In this document: in pieces, positions 53,023-63,254 of the stretch
Numbering within the stretch: position 1 is the stretch's first letter
Layout: every line of letters begins with the position of its first letter
NCBI GenBank assembly: GCA_963801605.1
Contig: CAWDFP010000007.1
Coordinates: 288,001 to 352,000, forward strand
Direction of reading: 5' to 3'
Source: an uncultured candidate division Zixibacteria bacterium
GTDB taxonomy: Bacteria; Zixibacteria; MSB-5A5; UBA10806
Length of the DNA: 64,000 bases
Program-made: the position numbers and the translations under genes
Notes under the pieces: model-generated
Databases searched by the model: none
What the model saw: the letters and a program-made list of their open reading frames with translations, nothing else
What the model was told of the DNA's origin: nothing

Positions 53023-53934
53023 TCAATGCAGCACGATTGATTCGATTTTAGAGATCACCAGAGGATGGTTTTCGACTTCGTAGCGTTTTCGTAAAATCTT
53101 CATGCTATCACCGCCTCCGATCTTCCCCAATGCCTCGGCGGCAAACGCCCTGGCATAAGGATCGTCGGAATTTAAAATCTTAGAGAGAACATCCACAAAC
53201 TTCTCATCTGCTAAATTTCCGGCAACCTCGATCAAAAGATAGAATGCCAGTGTATCCGATGGCTCCGATAAATGAAATAGCACCGACTGAGACGCCGCCT
53301 TGCCAATATTTGCCAGCGACGCGGCGGCCGAGTAACGCACACCATAATATGGATCGGAAAGCGCCTCGATCAATGACAGAGTTGTAGACGAGTCTTTCAT
53401 ATTTCCAAGGGCGATTGCCGCCGATGTACGCACCAGATAATCCTGATCGCCAAGAGCGGCTCTGGTCCAGGGCACGGCGGCCTTATCTCCTATTTTGCCG
53501 AGAGCGGAAATAACCCCGGATCTCATCCTGAAATCGCCGTCGTTAACATATCGCAACAAACCATCGACCGCGCTGCTATCTCCCATCTCCCCCAATATTC
53601 TGGCGGAAAGGCGTCTTCGATATTTATTGTCCGAATTCAAGGCGGTTACCAGATTTTGAACCGCTGGATGCCCTATCAGCTTGAATACGTCCTCTAACGT
53701 TTGCATTTCGCGGGCGTCTTCGGTCTTCATCTTTTCGACCAGCCTTGGTACGGCCAGAGCACCCATCTCAGCTAACGCTTTTTTGGCGGGCTGAACCAGA
53801 TCGATATACATTACATCGCCGTTGGAGGCTCTGACGAAAAGCGAATCAACCGCCCGATTTACCGAATCGGCCGGAGCTTGTTGCCCAACCGCAGTCGATA
53901 CCAAAATAAAAAATATCGATATTACGAATTTCAT
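53023..53934 (-). CDS. Secreted HEAT-repeat protein
   Basis: Signal peptide from ATG 53934 (ATGA overlap); repeated D....VR..AA.ALG. Confidence 0.85.
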   Translation of the reverse strand: MKFVISIFFILVSTAVGQQAPADSVNRAVDSLFVRASNGDVMYIDLVQPAKKALAEMGALAVPRLVEKMKTEDAREMQTLEDVFKLIGHPAVQNLVTALNSDNKYRRRLSARILGEMGDSSAVDGLLRYVNDGDFRMRSGVISALGKIGDKAAVPWTRAALGDQDYLVRTSAAIALGNMKDSSTTLSLIEALSDPYYGVRYSAAASLANIGKAASQSVLFHLSEPSDTLAFYLLIEVAGNLADEKFVDVLSKILNSDDPYARAFAAEALGKIGGGDSMKILRKRYEVENHPLVISKIESIVLH

Positions 53935-55775
53935 TGGTCTATTCCTATCCCCCATTTCGAGTCGCTCCACCAGGTGGAATCGCGTCCTATTCCGCCGGCA
54001 TAACCGTCTTTACCGCCCAAATCGATGAAAATACCGATCGAACCGTAATCCCGTCTGGGCTGCCCGAATCCTTGAGTATTCTGATCTGAATGCACCACGT
54101 AGGCATCTAGGCCTCTTATGTCTGCCAGTAGCCCCAGCCCGTTGGCAGAGCCTGCTCCCTGCGATAAATCGTAAGCCACATAATTATCATTTCCGCCAAG
54201 ATCAATTAGGAACCCCGACGCCCTGTCATGGCCGCATCCCTGCGAAACTCCTTTTGATGCGTAATTGTCGTCGCCTGAAACATCGTACAAGATACCCAGT
54301 GTCATGTGTGTTCCGGCGCCCTGCGCGTATTGGAATGAAATATATTGATCGTTGCCGCCGCCTTCGGCTAATACTCCCAATCCATACCAGTACGACGATC
54401 CTTGACCGAAAATATCGGATATATAAATATCATTTCCGGATTCATCGATTAACAGACCGATTCCCCCTGACATTTTGGGCCGGATTCCGTATGCGAATCC
54501 TTGCGAAAGAGATAGATAATGGTCTTTGTACCGAAGAATATCCTTGTATTTGCCGCCTGCAAAATAACTATCGTTACCGCTGGAATCGGTCAATATGCCG
54601 ATCCCGTCAACAAACCCGAATCCCTGAGCATACAGAGCGGCCTGATATGAATCGTTACCGCTGTCATCGCGAAGAATCCCCACGCCGAAAGCGCCGGCGC
54701 CCTGGGTAAAAGTATCTCCGAAATATCTATCGTTGCCGCTCTTGTCCCAGAGAACCCCCACTCCGAACAAACCTGCCCCCAAAGTCCAGGAGCCGGCGTT
54801 ATAGGTATCATCCCCCTGAAAATCGACTATCATATTGCCGCCGAAAATATAAGGACTGATTCGGTTGTTGGGCATATTGTAAATGTCATTACCTTTAAGA
54901 TCGATGATAAACGTTTGATGACCGGTGCCGGTGAATCTTAAATTGTAGGTATCATCTCCGCCAGGATCGATCACCGCGAAAAGATCCCCTTCGTATTTAT
55001 TGTTAGTTGTATCTCCGATTATTATTTCGCCATAAGGAGTGTTAATAGTTAAATGATGGGCTGATGCCGGGATAGTTGGCTTTTTTTCAAGGTATGAATT
55101 TAATACCTCAACATAAGCATCTAAGATTTGCCCTCTTCCCTGACAACCATTAGCCAGACGAACGAGTTGCTGCGCCCAACCGTCTTCATATTGAGCGATA
55201 CTATCCAACTCATCCACCGAGCGCAATTCATCCTCAACTTTCTCTTCTAACAGCAGCGTGAAACCTTCAGCTAAAGAATCCTGCTGCGCCTTTGAGTATT
55301 TGGTAAATTGAGACCAATGCTGCGGATCGGTTACTTCAGCCAGACCATAAAGCTGTTGAACTAAAGCTGTGAGATCAGGCCCGAGCGCGGTTTTGGTCTT
55401 GCGATTGAGGAGCGAATCAACCCTTAGTTTCATTTCCGATGTTAGAAGAGATAAATTGCCGCTTGCGGTTTTGTGAAGCAGGCTTTCATATTTCATATCC
55501 GTGAAAGCATGAAGCCCCGTTACCGATCCTGCATATCCGATCATTCGTAAGGGTTCTTTCATGTAATCTTCAATTAGCGGCAAACGATAAGGATCCTCTT
55601 CAAGATAGTCGCCGCGAAAAGTCAGATCACCTCGATACATCTTCATGGCCCGCAAACTCATATCTATGGCATGTTGAAGCGAATCTATTGGATTGAAAAT
55701 TGCCGTATCGGGCATCGGCGCCTGCGCCCAGGTTACGGAAAATAGCGCCAGTGTTGTTAAGATTATTTTTTTCAT
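53931..55775 (-). CDS. Secreted protein with twelve (D/E)xxGxDxY repeats
   Basis: Signal peptide; repeats from DPGGDDTY to DLGGKDGY, most followed by (S/A)QG.G...G.G.L. Confidence 0.75.
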   Translation of the reverse strand: MKKIILTTLALFSVTWAQAPMPDTAIFNPIDSLQHAIDMSLRAMKMYRGDLTFRGDYLEEDPYRLPLIEDYMKEPLRMIGYAGSVTGLHAFTDMKYESLLHKTASGNLSLLTSEMKLRVDSLLNRKTKTALGPDLTALVQQLYGLAEVTDPQHWSQFTKYSKAQQDSLAEGFTLLLEEKVEDELRSVDELDSIAQYEDGWAQQLVRLANGCQGRGQILDAYVEVLNSYLEKKPTIPASAHHLTINTPYGEIIIGDTTNNKYEGDLFAVIDPGGDDTYNLRFTGTGHQTFIIDLKGNDIYNMPNNRISPYIFGGNMIVDFQGDDTYNAGSWTLGAGLFGVGVLWDKSGNDRYFGDTFTQGAGAFGVGILRDDSGNDSYQAALYAQGFGFVDGIGILTDSSGNDSYFAGGKYKDILRYKDHYLSLSQGFAYGIRPKMSGGIGLLIDESGNDIYISDIFGQGSSYWYGLGVLAEGGGNDQYISFQYAQGAGTHMTLGILYDVSGDDNYASKGVSQGCGHDRASGFLIDLGGNDNYVAYDLSQGAGSANGLGLLADIRGLDAYVVHSDQNTQGFGQPRRDYGSIGIFIDLGGKDGYAGGIGRDSTWWSDSKWGIGIDQ

Positions 55776-55931
55776 GCGTTTATTATAAGTGTCTATATTA
55801 CCTGAGTCAACGGCTAATCGATTATAACAATCGCCGGTCGCAAGCTCTCTGGAACCATATTAAAAGGGACAAATGTAAATTCATTTAATATTCGATATTG
55901 ATCATTTATATTTAGAAGATTATTTACGCCC

Positions 55932-55964
55932 AAAATAAAAGCCCCGATCCGCAGACCGGGGCTT
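55932..55964 (-). terminator. Terminator after pilQ
   Basis: aagccccg/cggggctt with U-rich tail on minus. Confidence 0.75.
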
Positions 55965-55988
55965 AAAAATATTATTTATTCGATTAGT

Positions 55989-57392
55989 TTACTTATCGTT
56001 GAAAGCCTGAACCGGCTTTTCGACGATTGTCGGAGTAACAAAGATTACCAAATCGCGAGTCGTAACCTGTCTCTTGTTATATCCGAACAGGAATCCCAGA
56101 ACCGGGATATCCTTTAACAGAGGTAAACCAACCTTCAAGGTTATAATTTCCTGGTTGGTCAAGCCGCCGATAACGGCAGTCTCGCCATTTTCTACAACCA
56201 CGTTGGTCTCGGCATTCTGAGTATTGATAATAACGCCGTTAGGATCGAACTGGTAAGAACTGCGTTCCGGCACCAGATGCAGAAGTATCCTATTCTCCGA
56301 CGTGACATGCGGCGTTACGCGCAGCTTGGTGCCCACATCGTAGAATGTGATAATGGTATTGCCGGACGGATCAAATTGCTTGATTGGTATCTTCTGACCC
56401 ATCTGTATGTAAGCCTCGACATTATCGAGCGTGGTAACTTCGGGATGTGCAATTATCTTTCCCTTGTTAGTCGACTCTACAGTCGCTAATACGGCGCCAA
56501 CGTCGAATCTTTGATTTCCAATTTTTACCAGCTTGGAAATCGAGAACTGGCCGATCTTCGGACCGGTAACCTGGCTGGTACCGCCTATTCTGCCTTCATC
56601 GGCTGAATGAACTTGCCTATCCGGGTTATCAGTGAATAGCGGAGGTATAGCGGGTTCAGTGCCCTCCACACCATTGACCATCTTATTGGGAGATTCCGCG
56701 TTGAAGGCTTGATTGACCAAACGCCAATCCACTCCAATTTCACGCAAAAATCCGCTTTCGACTTCAAGAAGCTGAGCCGAAATCTTTACCTGCTGAGTCT
56801 CTTTATCGAGAGTTCCGATTAAATCATTCACCTTATCCAGATTATCGGCCAGATCGCGGATTATCAGTGAATTCGTCCTGGCATCAACATCCACTGTGCC
56901 CCTGGGCGAAAGCAGACCCTTGACTGCGCTTTTAATCTCGGCGGCAACATTATACTTGACCGAAATTATCCGGGTTTGAAGAGGCCTCATGGTCTCCCTA
57001 TCCGAGACGCTCTTCTCCTCAGCGGCCTTTTCAGAATAGTAGTCTGCCGCCTTTACGACTCTTATATAATTATCCGCATCGATGCCTACCAAATTGTAGG
57101 TTTGCAGGATAATATCGAGCGCGTCGCGCCATGACACGTTGGAAAGGTGCACTGTAATGTTGCCTTCCACTGACGGTGAGGCCACAATATTGACCCCGCC
57201 ATACGATGAAAGGTACATCAGCACCGACCTGATATCGGCCTGGTTTAGATTCAAGGTTTTAATCATCTGCGGCGAGCCCGTTGGGCCCGGAACTACATCA
57301 ATGCCTTCCTGGCTGCGCAATGCCCCGAAATTCATGACCACTATACAGGCCATAGCCAGAACGGCAGCAATTAAGATTGAGAACCTGCGCAT
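55989..57392 (-). CDS. pilQ: Type IV pilus secretin
   Basis: W.DALD.IL; VDARTNSLIIRD; QVKISAQ; L.VTPHV; P.LKDIPVLG.LF; IFVTP. Confidence 0.9.
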   Translation of the reverse strand: MRRFSILIAAVLAMACIVVMNFGALRSQEGIDVVPGPTGSPQMIKTLNLNQADIRSVLMYLSSYGGVNIVASPSVEGNITVHLSNVSWRDALDIILQTYNLVGIDADNYIRVVKAADYYSEKAAEEKSVSDRETMRPLQTRIISVKYNVAAEIKSAVKGLLSPRGTVDVDARTNSLIIRDLADNLDKVNDLIGTLDKETQQVKISAQLLEVESGFLREIGVDWRLVNQAFNAESPNKMVNGVEGTEPAIPPLFTDNPDRQVHSADEGRIGGTSQVTGPKIGQFSISKLVKIGNQRFDVGAVLATVESTNKGKIIAHPEVTTLDNVEAYIQMGQKIPIKQFDPSGNTIITFYDVGTKLRVTPHVTSENRILLHLVPERSSYQFDPNGVIINTQNAETNVVVENGETAVIGGLTNQEIITLKVGLPLLKDIPVLGFLFGYNKRQVTTRDLVIFVTPTIVEKPVQAFNDK

Positions 57393-57406
57393 ATCCTTCC
57401 TCTCCT

Positions 57407-58510
57407 TTACTTAATTTCCGGGATCTGCAGCTCCAGAGCCACGGTCCTGGTCCAGCCGTATTCAGCTATCTGAAATACAGCCTTGTTATCAGTGACCGAG
57501 ACCAAAAATCCGCTCTGGACCCTGTCGTTCGGCTTCAAAATATAGCCATTACCATCGCTATCTTCGAGCAAGGCGCTGCTTATCTGATTATTTTCCAAAA
57601 TTCCTACAAGCTTCAGGTTCTCAAGCGACGGCAATCCTAATTTGGGCCCGACATTGGCAATACCCTTGCCAACCAGAGGCTCAAATGGATCTTTCTCGTC
57701 GTTGCCGACATATTCGACCGCTTTTCGCTTGGGGGTTGTGTCCACCGCTATACCCTGCGGTATCGATGCTGGAGCATTTACCGCCATCTGCACTGAGGCA
57801 GCTTCCTCTTCTGGAATAGCCTCATCAGATGATTCCTGGGCTGGTGCGCTTTCGACTGGTTTTGGAGCAACTGCAATCTGCTTCTCAACCGGCTTCTCAG
57901 CGGGCGGCGGTGCTACGGCCACTTCGACAGGCTTTTCGATGGCCGGTTTCTCAACCGGTAAACCCAGCGACTTTGCTTCCGGCGTTTCGACTTTTTCTAT
58001 TGCTGGAGGCTTCACTACTGCCGGTTCTGGCTTGGCTTCAGCAACAACTGATGCTGTTTGACCCGCGGAACCGGACGATCTCCAGTTTACCGAGGCATAT
58101 TCATCGGGTAACGCCGCAAATGTAATTGTAATGCTGTTCCCCGCATGGTAACTCTGAAATTCGACCGGCCGGTTTATATCGAGTACCACCCGCGCCTGTA
58201 AATCAGGCTCCGATTTGAACTGGCTGGTACGGATCGATCTAATCGACTTAACTGGCAGATTTCCAAACTGCTTTTTAGACAGTTCGTTTAGCACGCCGTT
58301 CATGTCGACTACGATTCTTTCCGGCTTGGAATCGGTCAGGAATGCGTTGTAATCGCACTCAACGCTTGTCCTTATTGTCACCGCGATCGAATCTCCCTGA
58401 CGCGCCACAGCGACGTCTTCGAGATTGTTAGCGGCGGCTGACCGCAGGCCAGCCCCAAAGAGGGCCAGAAGCGCGGCCAATACCGTAATCTTTATTTTTG
58501 ACCTTCTCAT
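57407..58510 (-). CDS. AMIN domain + Pro/Glu/Lys linker + PilP-like domain
   Basis: PERIVVD...IRTSQF....ARVVLD; KDPFEPL..LKLVGIL..ALLEDSDGNGY; lies between pilO and pilQ. Confidence 0.7.
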   Translation of the reverse strand: MRRSKIKITVLAALLALFGAGLRSAAANNLEDVAVARQGDSIAVTIRTSVECDYNAFLTDSKPERIVVDMNGVLNELSKKQFGNLPVKSIRSIRTSQFKSEPDLQARVVLDINRPVEFQSYHAGNSITITFAALPDEYASVNWRSSGSAGQTASVVAEAKPEPAVVKPPAIEKVETPEAKSLGLPVEKPAIEKPVEVAVAPPPAEKPVEKQIAVAPKPVESAPAQESSDEAIPEEEAASVQMAVNAPASIPQGIAVDTTPKRKAVEYVGNDEKDPFEPLVGKGIANVGPKLGLPSLENLKLVGILENNQISSALLEDSDGNGYILKPNDRVQSGFLVSVTDNKAVFQIAEYGWTRTVALELQIPEIK

Positions 58511-59088
58511 CCGGCTGCATCCTGCTTAACGTTATAGGTTGATACTTTAAAAGTCGCTACCACGTTTTTGTTCGAGTCCTTTTCCTCGGCCATTGAGGTA
58601 TTTCCCATCAATGATTTCATCTCGAGATCCGAGACGTTCACTATGAATGGGAAATTAGCAACCTTGGCAAAGAACCTGCCCAGCCCATGATATGACGCTT
58701 CCACCTGAAATGAGTAAGTGTTGGCGACATAAAAATCGCTGGGCTGCGCTCCCATGGGCGTCAGATCCGTTACGGTCGACCCTGTGACCTGCGCCGCGGC
58801 GTGGATCTGACTTAAGAAGGATTCATCCTCTTTGATTTCCGGAAGCAGCAGTTCGACTTTCTTGTACTTCATGGTAAGATCATCGAATTCCTTCTGTAAA
58901 TCATCGAGGGTGGCAGCCTTCTGTTTGACGCTGTGCAGATCCGAAAGCTCTTTTTCGTACTGAACTTTCTTGGCGGCTATCTTACTGGCATAATCGGTGT
59001 ATATCTTGGAATACCAGAGATAGGATACCGCCAGGAAAATTATCACTACAAAAGAGATGATTTGAATCTTGGGGTCCTTGTAATTCAT
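58507..59088 (-). CDS. pilO: Type IV pilus assembly protein PilO
   Basis: TM, coiled coil, LLP...E, YH.LGRFF..VA....IVNV; synteny. Confidence 0.85.
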   Translation of the reverse strand: MNYKDPKIQIISFVVIIFLAVSYLWYSKIYTDYASKIAAKKVQYEKELSDLHSVKQKAATLDDLQKEFDDLTMKYKKVELLLPEIKEDESFLSQIHAAAQVTGSTVTDLTPMGAQPSDFYVANTYSFQVEASYHGLGRFFAKVANFPFIVNVSDLEMKSLMGNTSMAEEKDSNKNVVATFKVSTYNVKQDAAG

Positions 59089-59147
59089 TTATCCCCTCCC
59101 GCTGTAACTTAAAATCCCGGCTTTGGGCCGAGCTGCCTTATCTTTCA

Positions 59148-59822
59148 TTAGAACTGATTCTGTATTGCGCTTGACGCCTGGGCGGTCTGGACATCGATAT
59201 TACTGACCGTCGGCGTTACTAGATCACAGCTTAACTTGAAATTATATGCTTCTGTCTTTTCGAGGTCTTGCAGCTTGATCGAGGCGATCTCGATATTTGC
59301 AAAATACTCCGATTTCTTAAGCCTGACCAAAAACGTGGCCAGTGCATTCAATGAGAAAGAATACCCCTCAAGCGTCGATTTGGATATCGCCGGAGCAGTA
59401 GTTACTGGTTGCCCTGAGACATTTGTCGTTGAAACCGGAGCGGTTTCCGGGGCCTGCCTGATTCCGGTCAGCCAGACATACTCTGGAACTCGACCGGCCA
59501 GATCTCCCATCAACGACACCCAATACTCGCGGTTCTTATCGAGCATTTGGATCGTAGTCATCCGGGCCAGAATCTGTTCTTTCTTTTTGCTGATCTCGTC
59601 GATCTTTACTATCTCGGAGGTATACTTGGCCGTTTCCGCTTTGGATATTGCCAACTGCTTTTCCAGGGTCGAAAGCGAGTGTACCTGGAAAATGTAGCTG
59701 TATATGGCCATCACGCCGATCAGGGCGAAACAACCGCTAAGAACCAATACAAGATTCTTATCGAGCTTGAAGCTGAATCGGCCTCTCTTTAGGTCTTTTG
59801 GAAGTAAATTAATCTCTATCAT
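59148..59822 (-). CDS. pilN: Type IV pilus assembly protein PilN
   Basis: MIEINLLP motif, TM, VPEYVWL. Confidence 0.88.
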   Translation of the reverse strand: MIEINLLPKDLKRGRFSFKLDKNLVLVLSGCFALIGVMAIYSYIFQVHSLSTLEKQLAISKAETAKYTSEIVKIDEISKKKEQILARMTTIQMLDKNREYWVSLMGDLAGRVPEYVWLTGIRQAPETAPVSTTNVSGQPVTTAPAISKSTLEGYSFSLNALATFLVRLKKSEYFANIEIASIKLQDLEKTEAYNFKLSCDLVTPTVSNIDVQTAQASSAIQNQF

Positions 59823-60871
59823 TATAGCCTCCGGGCGGCCAGACCGATGGGCACCGCCAACAGCGGGGCTACCTTCTCGGGCTGAAATTCACTGAACATA
59901 TCCGGGTCATACTCTATATTTCTCAAGGGATTGAAGATCTCAACCGGAATACCTAACTTGTTCTGTAATAGCTCCGGGAAGTACGGTACTAACGCTCCGC
60001 CTCCGGAAAGAACGATCCAGTCAAGATTATGCACGCCGGAAGAACTCTTAAAATATGAGATAGCTACTTCCAGCCCGGCAATCAACTCTTCCGATGACGT
60101 GAAGACCGTGGCTTTGAACATATCCTGGTCAATCGAATTGTCCATCTCGCCTTTGAGCGTTTTGGCGGCTAATTCCTGATTCAACCTGAATTCCTTGCCA
60201 ATGGCGTCGAAAATCAGCCTGATGCCGTTCGATACGTCCCTGGTTGAATGATACAGGCCGTCTTTCAGGAAGGTGATATTGGTGACATCAAAACCAACAT
60301 CGATCAGCGCCGTCACGCGATTTGGATCGATCTCATAATTGAGTTCGTAGGCGTTCAGGATTGCAAATGCGTCGGTATCGACTATCACCGGACGTAAACC
60401 TGCATCCAGAATAAGGTCGAGATAGTTCTTGAGAAACTCATTTCGGGCTGCCACCAGCAAGACTTCCATCTTGTTGGTCTCGTTATCGACCTTAATGACG
60501 TGGTAATCGAGCGATACATCTTCCACGTCGAACGGGCTTCGCTGCTCGGCCTCGAACAGGATCGCCTGCTCAGCCTCGCTGCCCGTTTTTTTGTCCATCA
60601 CGATTTTATCCGTGATAACGCCATGCCCCGCTATCGAGATGACGACATCCTTAATCTTGGGATCTGTTTGATCCACCAGATTCTGGATATCAAAAATAAC
60701 CGCATCGCGATCCTTGATCTCCTCGGAGGCGATGGCGTCAAAAGGAAGCTCCTTCAATGCCAGCGACTTTAAACAATAGCCGCCGGGCTTTTTCTGAAGC
60801 CGCACAAGCTTAATAGTGCTGGCGCCGATGTCCAGCCCTACTCCTAATTTTGTTTTTCTTCCGAAGCCCAT
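59822..60871 (-). CDS. pilM: Type IV pilus assembly protein PilM
   Basis: GLDIGASTIK, LLVAA, IDVG, LSGGGA (actin-like fold). Confidence 0.92.
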   Translation of the reverse strand: MGFGRKTKLGVGLDIGASTIKLVRLQKKPGGYCLKSLALKELPFDAIASEEIKDRDAVIFDIQNLVDQTDPKIKDVVISIAGHGVITDKIVMDKKTGSEAEQAILFEAEQRSPFDVEDVSLDYHVIKVDNETNKMEVLLVAARNEFLKNYLDLILDAGLRPVIVDTDAFAILNAYELNYEIDPNRVTALIDVGFDVTNITFLKDGLYHSTRDVSNGIRLIFDAIGKEFRLNQELAAKTLKGEMDNSIDQDMFKATVFTSSEELIAGLEVAISYFKSSSGVHNLDWIVLSGGGALVPYFPELLQNKLGIPVEIFNPLRNIEYDPDMFSEFQPEKVAPLLAVPIGLAARRL

Positions 60872-60972
60872 AGTTTTTCCTTGTCAAAGACTCAAGGTCT
60901 CTTAAACGAAGTCGGTTGTTATTCTATCCTCTTCAAATATCGTATCATGGTATCTCTACTCATACATGCTTA

Positions 60973-60999
60973 TTATCGACCCCTTACTTAAAAAGTTAA
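60973..60999 (-). promoter_or_regulatory. Possible sigma-28-type promoter for pilM
   Basis: TTAACTTT-N11-GTCGATAA versus consensus TAAAGTTT-N11-GCCGATAA. Confidence 0.35.
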
Positions 61000-61045
61000 C
61001 CCCCGCCAAAAATTTAGTCGCTGTCGCGATTTGGAAATAAATTAA

Positions 61046-61540
61046 CTATTGTAATTTGGTTTTTCCCGTAGCAGCCAAAACCGATATGGTAAACGGCGAA
61101 TCCCCGCTGGTGCTGTTTATGCCCAGGTTACCGCTTTGCGAAGCCGCTCCGGTGGGCAGCATAACTATAACATTACCGGTAAAATTTACGCCGCTATAAA
61201 CCACGTCCTGATCTACGTCGTTTTCCCTACCAATAATCGAATCGCCCACATCGAATGTCATTGCGGCAGGATTAACTATATCTTTAAAAAGAGTATAGCT
61301 CCTGGCGGTGGTATTAAAGTATACCCCGTATTGCGTATTTTCAGCGATCGCTCGGCTGCGGGCAGTCCTGATAGTATTAAGTATATTTCTGGCCTCGGCT
61401 TTGGTTCTTATCCGCGGAATTGTCCTCGTAAACATTGGAACCGCCAACGCCGCTAATATGCCGATTAAAACGCAAACTATTGCCATTTCAATCAGCGTAA
61501 AGCCGCGCCTGCCTGACGACCTTATATTTAGAGACTTCAT
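61046..61540 (-). CDS. FimT/GspH-like minor pilin
   Basis: RRG|FTLIE prepilin cleavage/N-methylation motif; ARSRAI; F..TGA. Confidence 0.85.
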   Translation of the reverse strand: MKSLNIRSSGRRGFTLIEMAIVCVLIGILAALAVPMFTRTIPRIRTKAEARNILNTIRTARSRAIAENTQYGVYFNTTARSYTLFKDIVNPAAMTFDVGDSIIGRENDVDQDVVYSGVNFTGNVIVMLPTGAASQSGNLGINSTSGDSPFTISVLAATGKTKLQ

Positions 61541-61649
61541 TTTATGAAATCCTCCTGATTAACTTTTCGCATTAAATCTTTATCCTCTTTCCTTATCGGC
61601 AGTGGATACCCCCGGCATTAACGGCCATAAATTTTGATTACCGCCGCTC

Positions 61650-62150
61650 CTATTGAAGAGGGAAATTGACAGTCACAACCCTTGAATAGCTCCGAACCTC
61701 CCTCTCTTCCCCGTTTTTATAATGCGGCTTGACACTTAGCGTCAGGACTATAGTCTGCTTACCCAATTCCTGAACTTTAAGCGATGCGATATCGCCAATC
61801 AATCTTTGAAGATTATCGCCGGTTTGTTTAATCAGATTGCTATTTTCATCGATCAGATATTGACTCCAACGCCCGCCGTATTTTATCCGGATTTTATCGG
61901 TGCTTCCGAGGTGCTCGATTGCCAGCGGGATTGCATTTTCGGGAGGTTTTCTACGAGCTAAATATAGATCATCGCTAATCACGTCAAGCGCCTCATATAG
62001 AGCGCTATCCTGGGATGATAGTCCCCCGTCTTTTGCGGGATATATAACGAATTCATCGCGGAAATTTAAAAACGCCGCAGCCAATCCTGAAATTAAAATT
62101 ATCACGATTAAAAGCTCGATTAACGCTATGCCAGTTATGTTGGATCGCAC
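61650..62150 (-). CDS. Prepilin-like (minor pilin) protein
   Basis: G|IALIELLIVIILI class III signal; GTG 62150 with GAGG RBS preferred over TTG 62198. Confidence 0.65.
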   Translation of the reverse strand: MRSNITGIALIELLIVIILISGLAAAFLNFRDEFVIYPAKDGGLSSQDSALYEALDVISDDLYLARRKPPENAIPLAIEHLGSTDKIRIKYGGRWSQYLIDENSNLIKQTGDNLQRLIGDIASLKVQELGKQTIVLTLSVKPHYKNGEEREVRSYSRVVTVNFPLQ

Positions 62151-62193
62151 AATGCCTCGGGATAAAGCTGTTTCATTTCTAAACAGTCTTAAC

Positions 62194-62209
62194 TGCAAGG
62201 CTTGTGCCT
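62194..62209 (-). promoter_or_regulatory. Sigma-54 promoter upstream of prepilin-like gene
   Basis: AGGCACAAGCCTTGCA: GG-N10-GC, one mismatch to TGGCAC-N5-TTGCA. Confidence 0.6.
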
Positions 62210-62403
62210 GAAATTGACTACCGGAACTACTTCACCGTCTGTCAATAAGTTATAAAGATTAAATCAAGTAATATATCAACTAAATAAGGGGCGCCGATCG
62301 CCATATACTATGGGAATTGGGCAAAAACTATGGGAAAATGACAATAATTTTTGCCCTCTAAAAAGAATACGGTAAAGCCCCGGAATCCGATATTGCCCCA
62401 TTG

Positions 62404-62440
62404 AAAACAAGCCGGGTGTCATCATTATAATGACCCCGGC
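62404..62440 (-). terminator. Hairpin after ferritin-like gene
   Basis: gccggg-t-gtcat/atgac-cccggc. Confidence 0.55.
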
Positions 62441-62489
62441 CTGATTATCTAATGAGATTGAAATAATAATCTGCTCTCGCTTAACTCCG

Positions 62490-62972
62490 CTAAAATTTCT
62501 TCAACCAACCCGTAAGAACGTTTACATGCCCTTGTTCAAATTTAGCCAGGTAAGAGTAAAAATCCGACGCTGCCTTATCGTCTGTTTTATCTATTTGCGA
62601 TTTATAAAAATCGCGGGCTTCTTCCTCCAACTCGATAGCGATCCCCAGAATCTTCCTGGTATCATCGGTTTTGCTCAGAAGATTGAGCCTTTTACGATGA
62701 CTTTCAGCCATCTCCTCCGGTATTTCCGGCAGGCCGTCTTTTCTCATAATGTCGTTGTATGTCACCCATTTTTCGGATCGTACCAGGCTGTCGTATTCGG
62801 CCTCCAGGGTCCAGTAGTGGTCCTTTTCTTCGCCCGCTAACTTATCCATGAGAGCGGATAATTCGGCATTTTTAACCCGTTCACCGGCCCGTTTGTAGAA
62901 AACATAAGCCGCTAATTCGGCGTTTATTCCTTTGGAAATAGTATCCATCGCTTTTTGGGTTGCCTCTTTCAT
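62490..62972 (-). CDS. Rubrerythrin/ferritin-like di-iron protein
   Basis: E.....FY...EEKDH and E.....FY...EQGH. Confidence 0.85.
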   Translation of the reverse strand: MKEATQKAMDTISKGINAELAAYVFYKRAGERVKNAELSALMDKLAGEEKDHYWTLEAEYDSLVRSEKWVTYNDIMRKDGLPEIPEEMAESHRKRLNLLSKTDDTRKILGIAIELEEEARDFYKSQIDKTDDKAASDFYSYLAKFEQGHVNVLTGWLKKF

Positions 62973-63254
62973 CCTATGCTCCTTTTAACGATTTATCTGC
63001 AAACCTCACAAATATTATCAACCTTAATTGCAGCATCAAGATAAAACGATAGCTTTAGTTTGTCAACCAAAGCTGTAAATACCGGCATTGAAAAACTGCT
63101 CCGCTAAATATCCTAAAAATTGCAGCAGTATTCGCTTTATTAATATATTCTATCGATAAAAAGACTTGCCAGATTCTTCAAACTTTATTACCTACAGGCT
63201 AACCGTTTATGCCACTTTTCGGCATTGCTGTAATAATTAAAAGGAGTCATTAAG

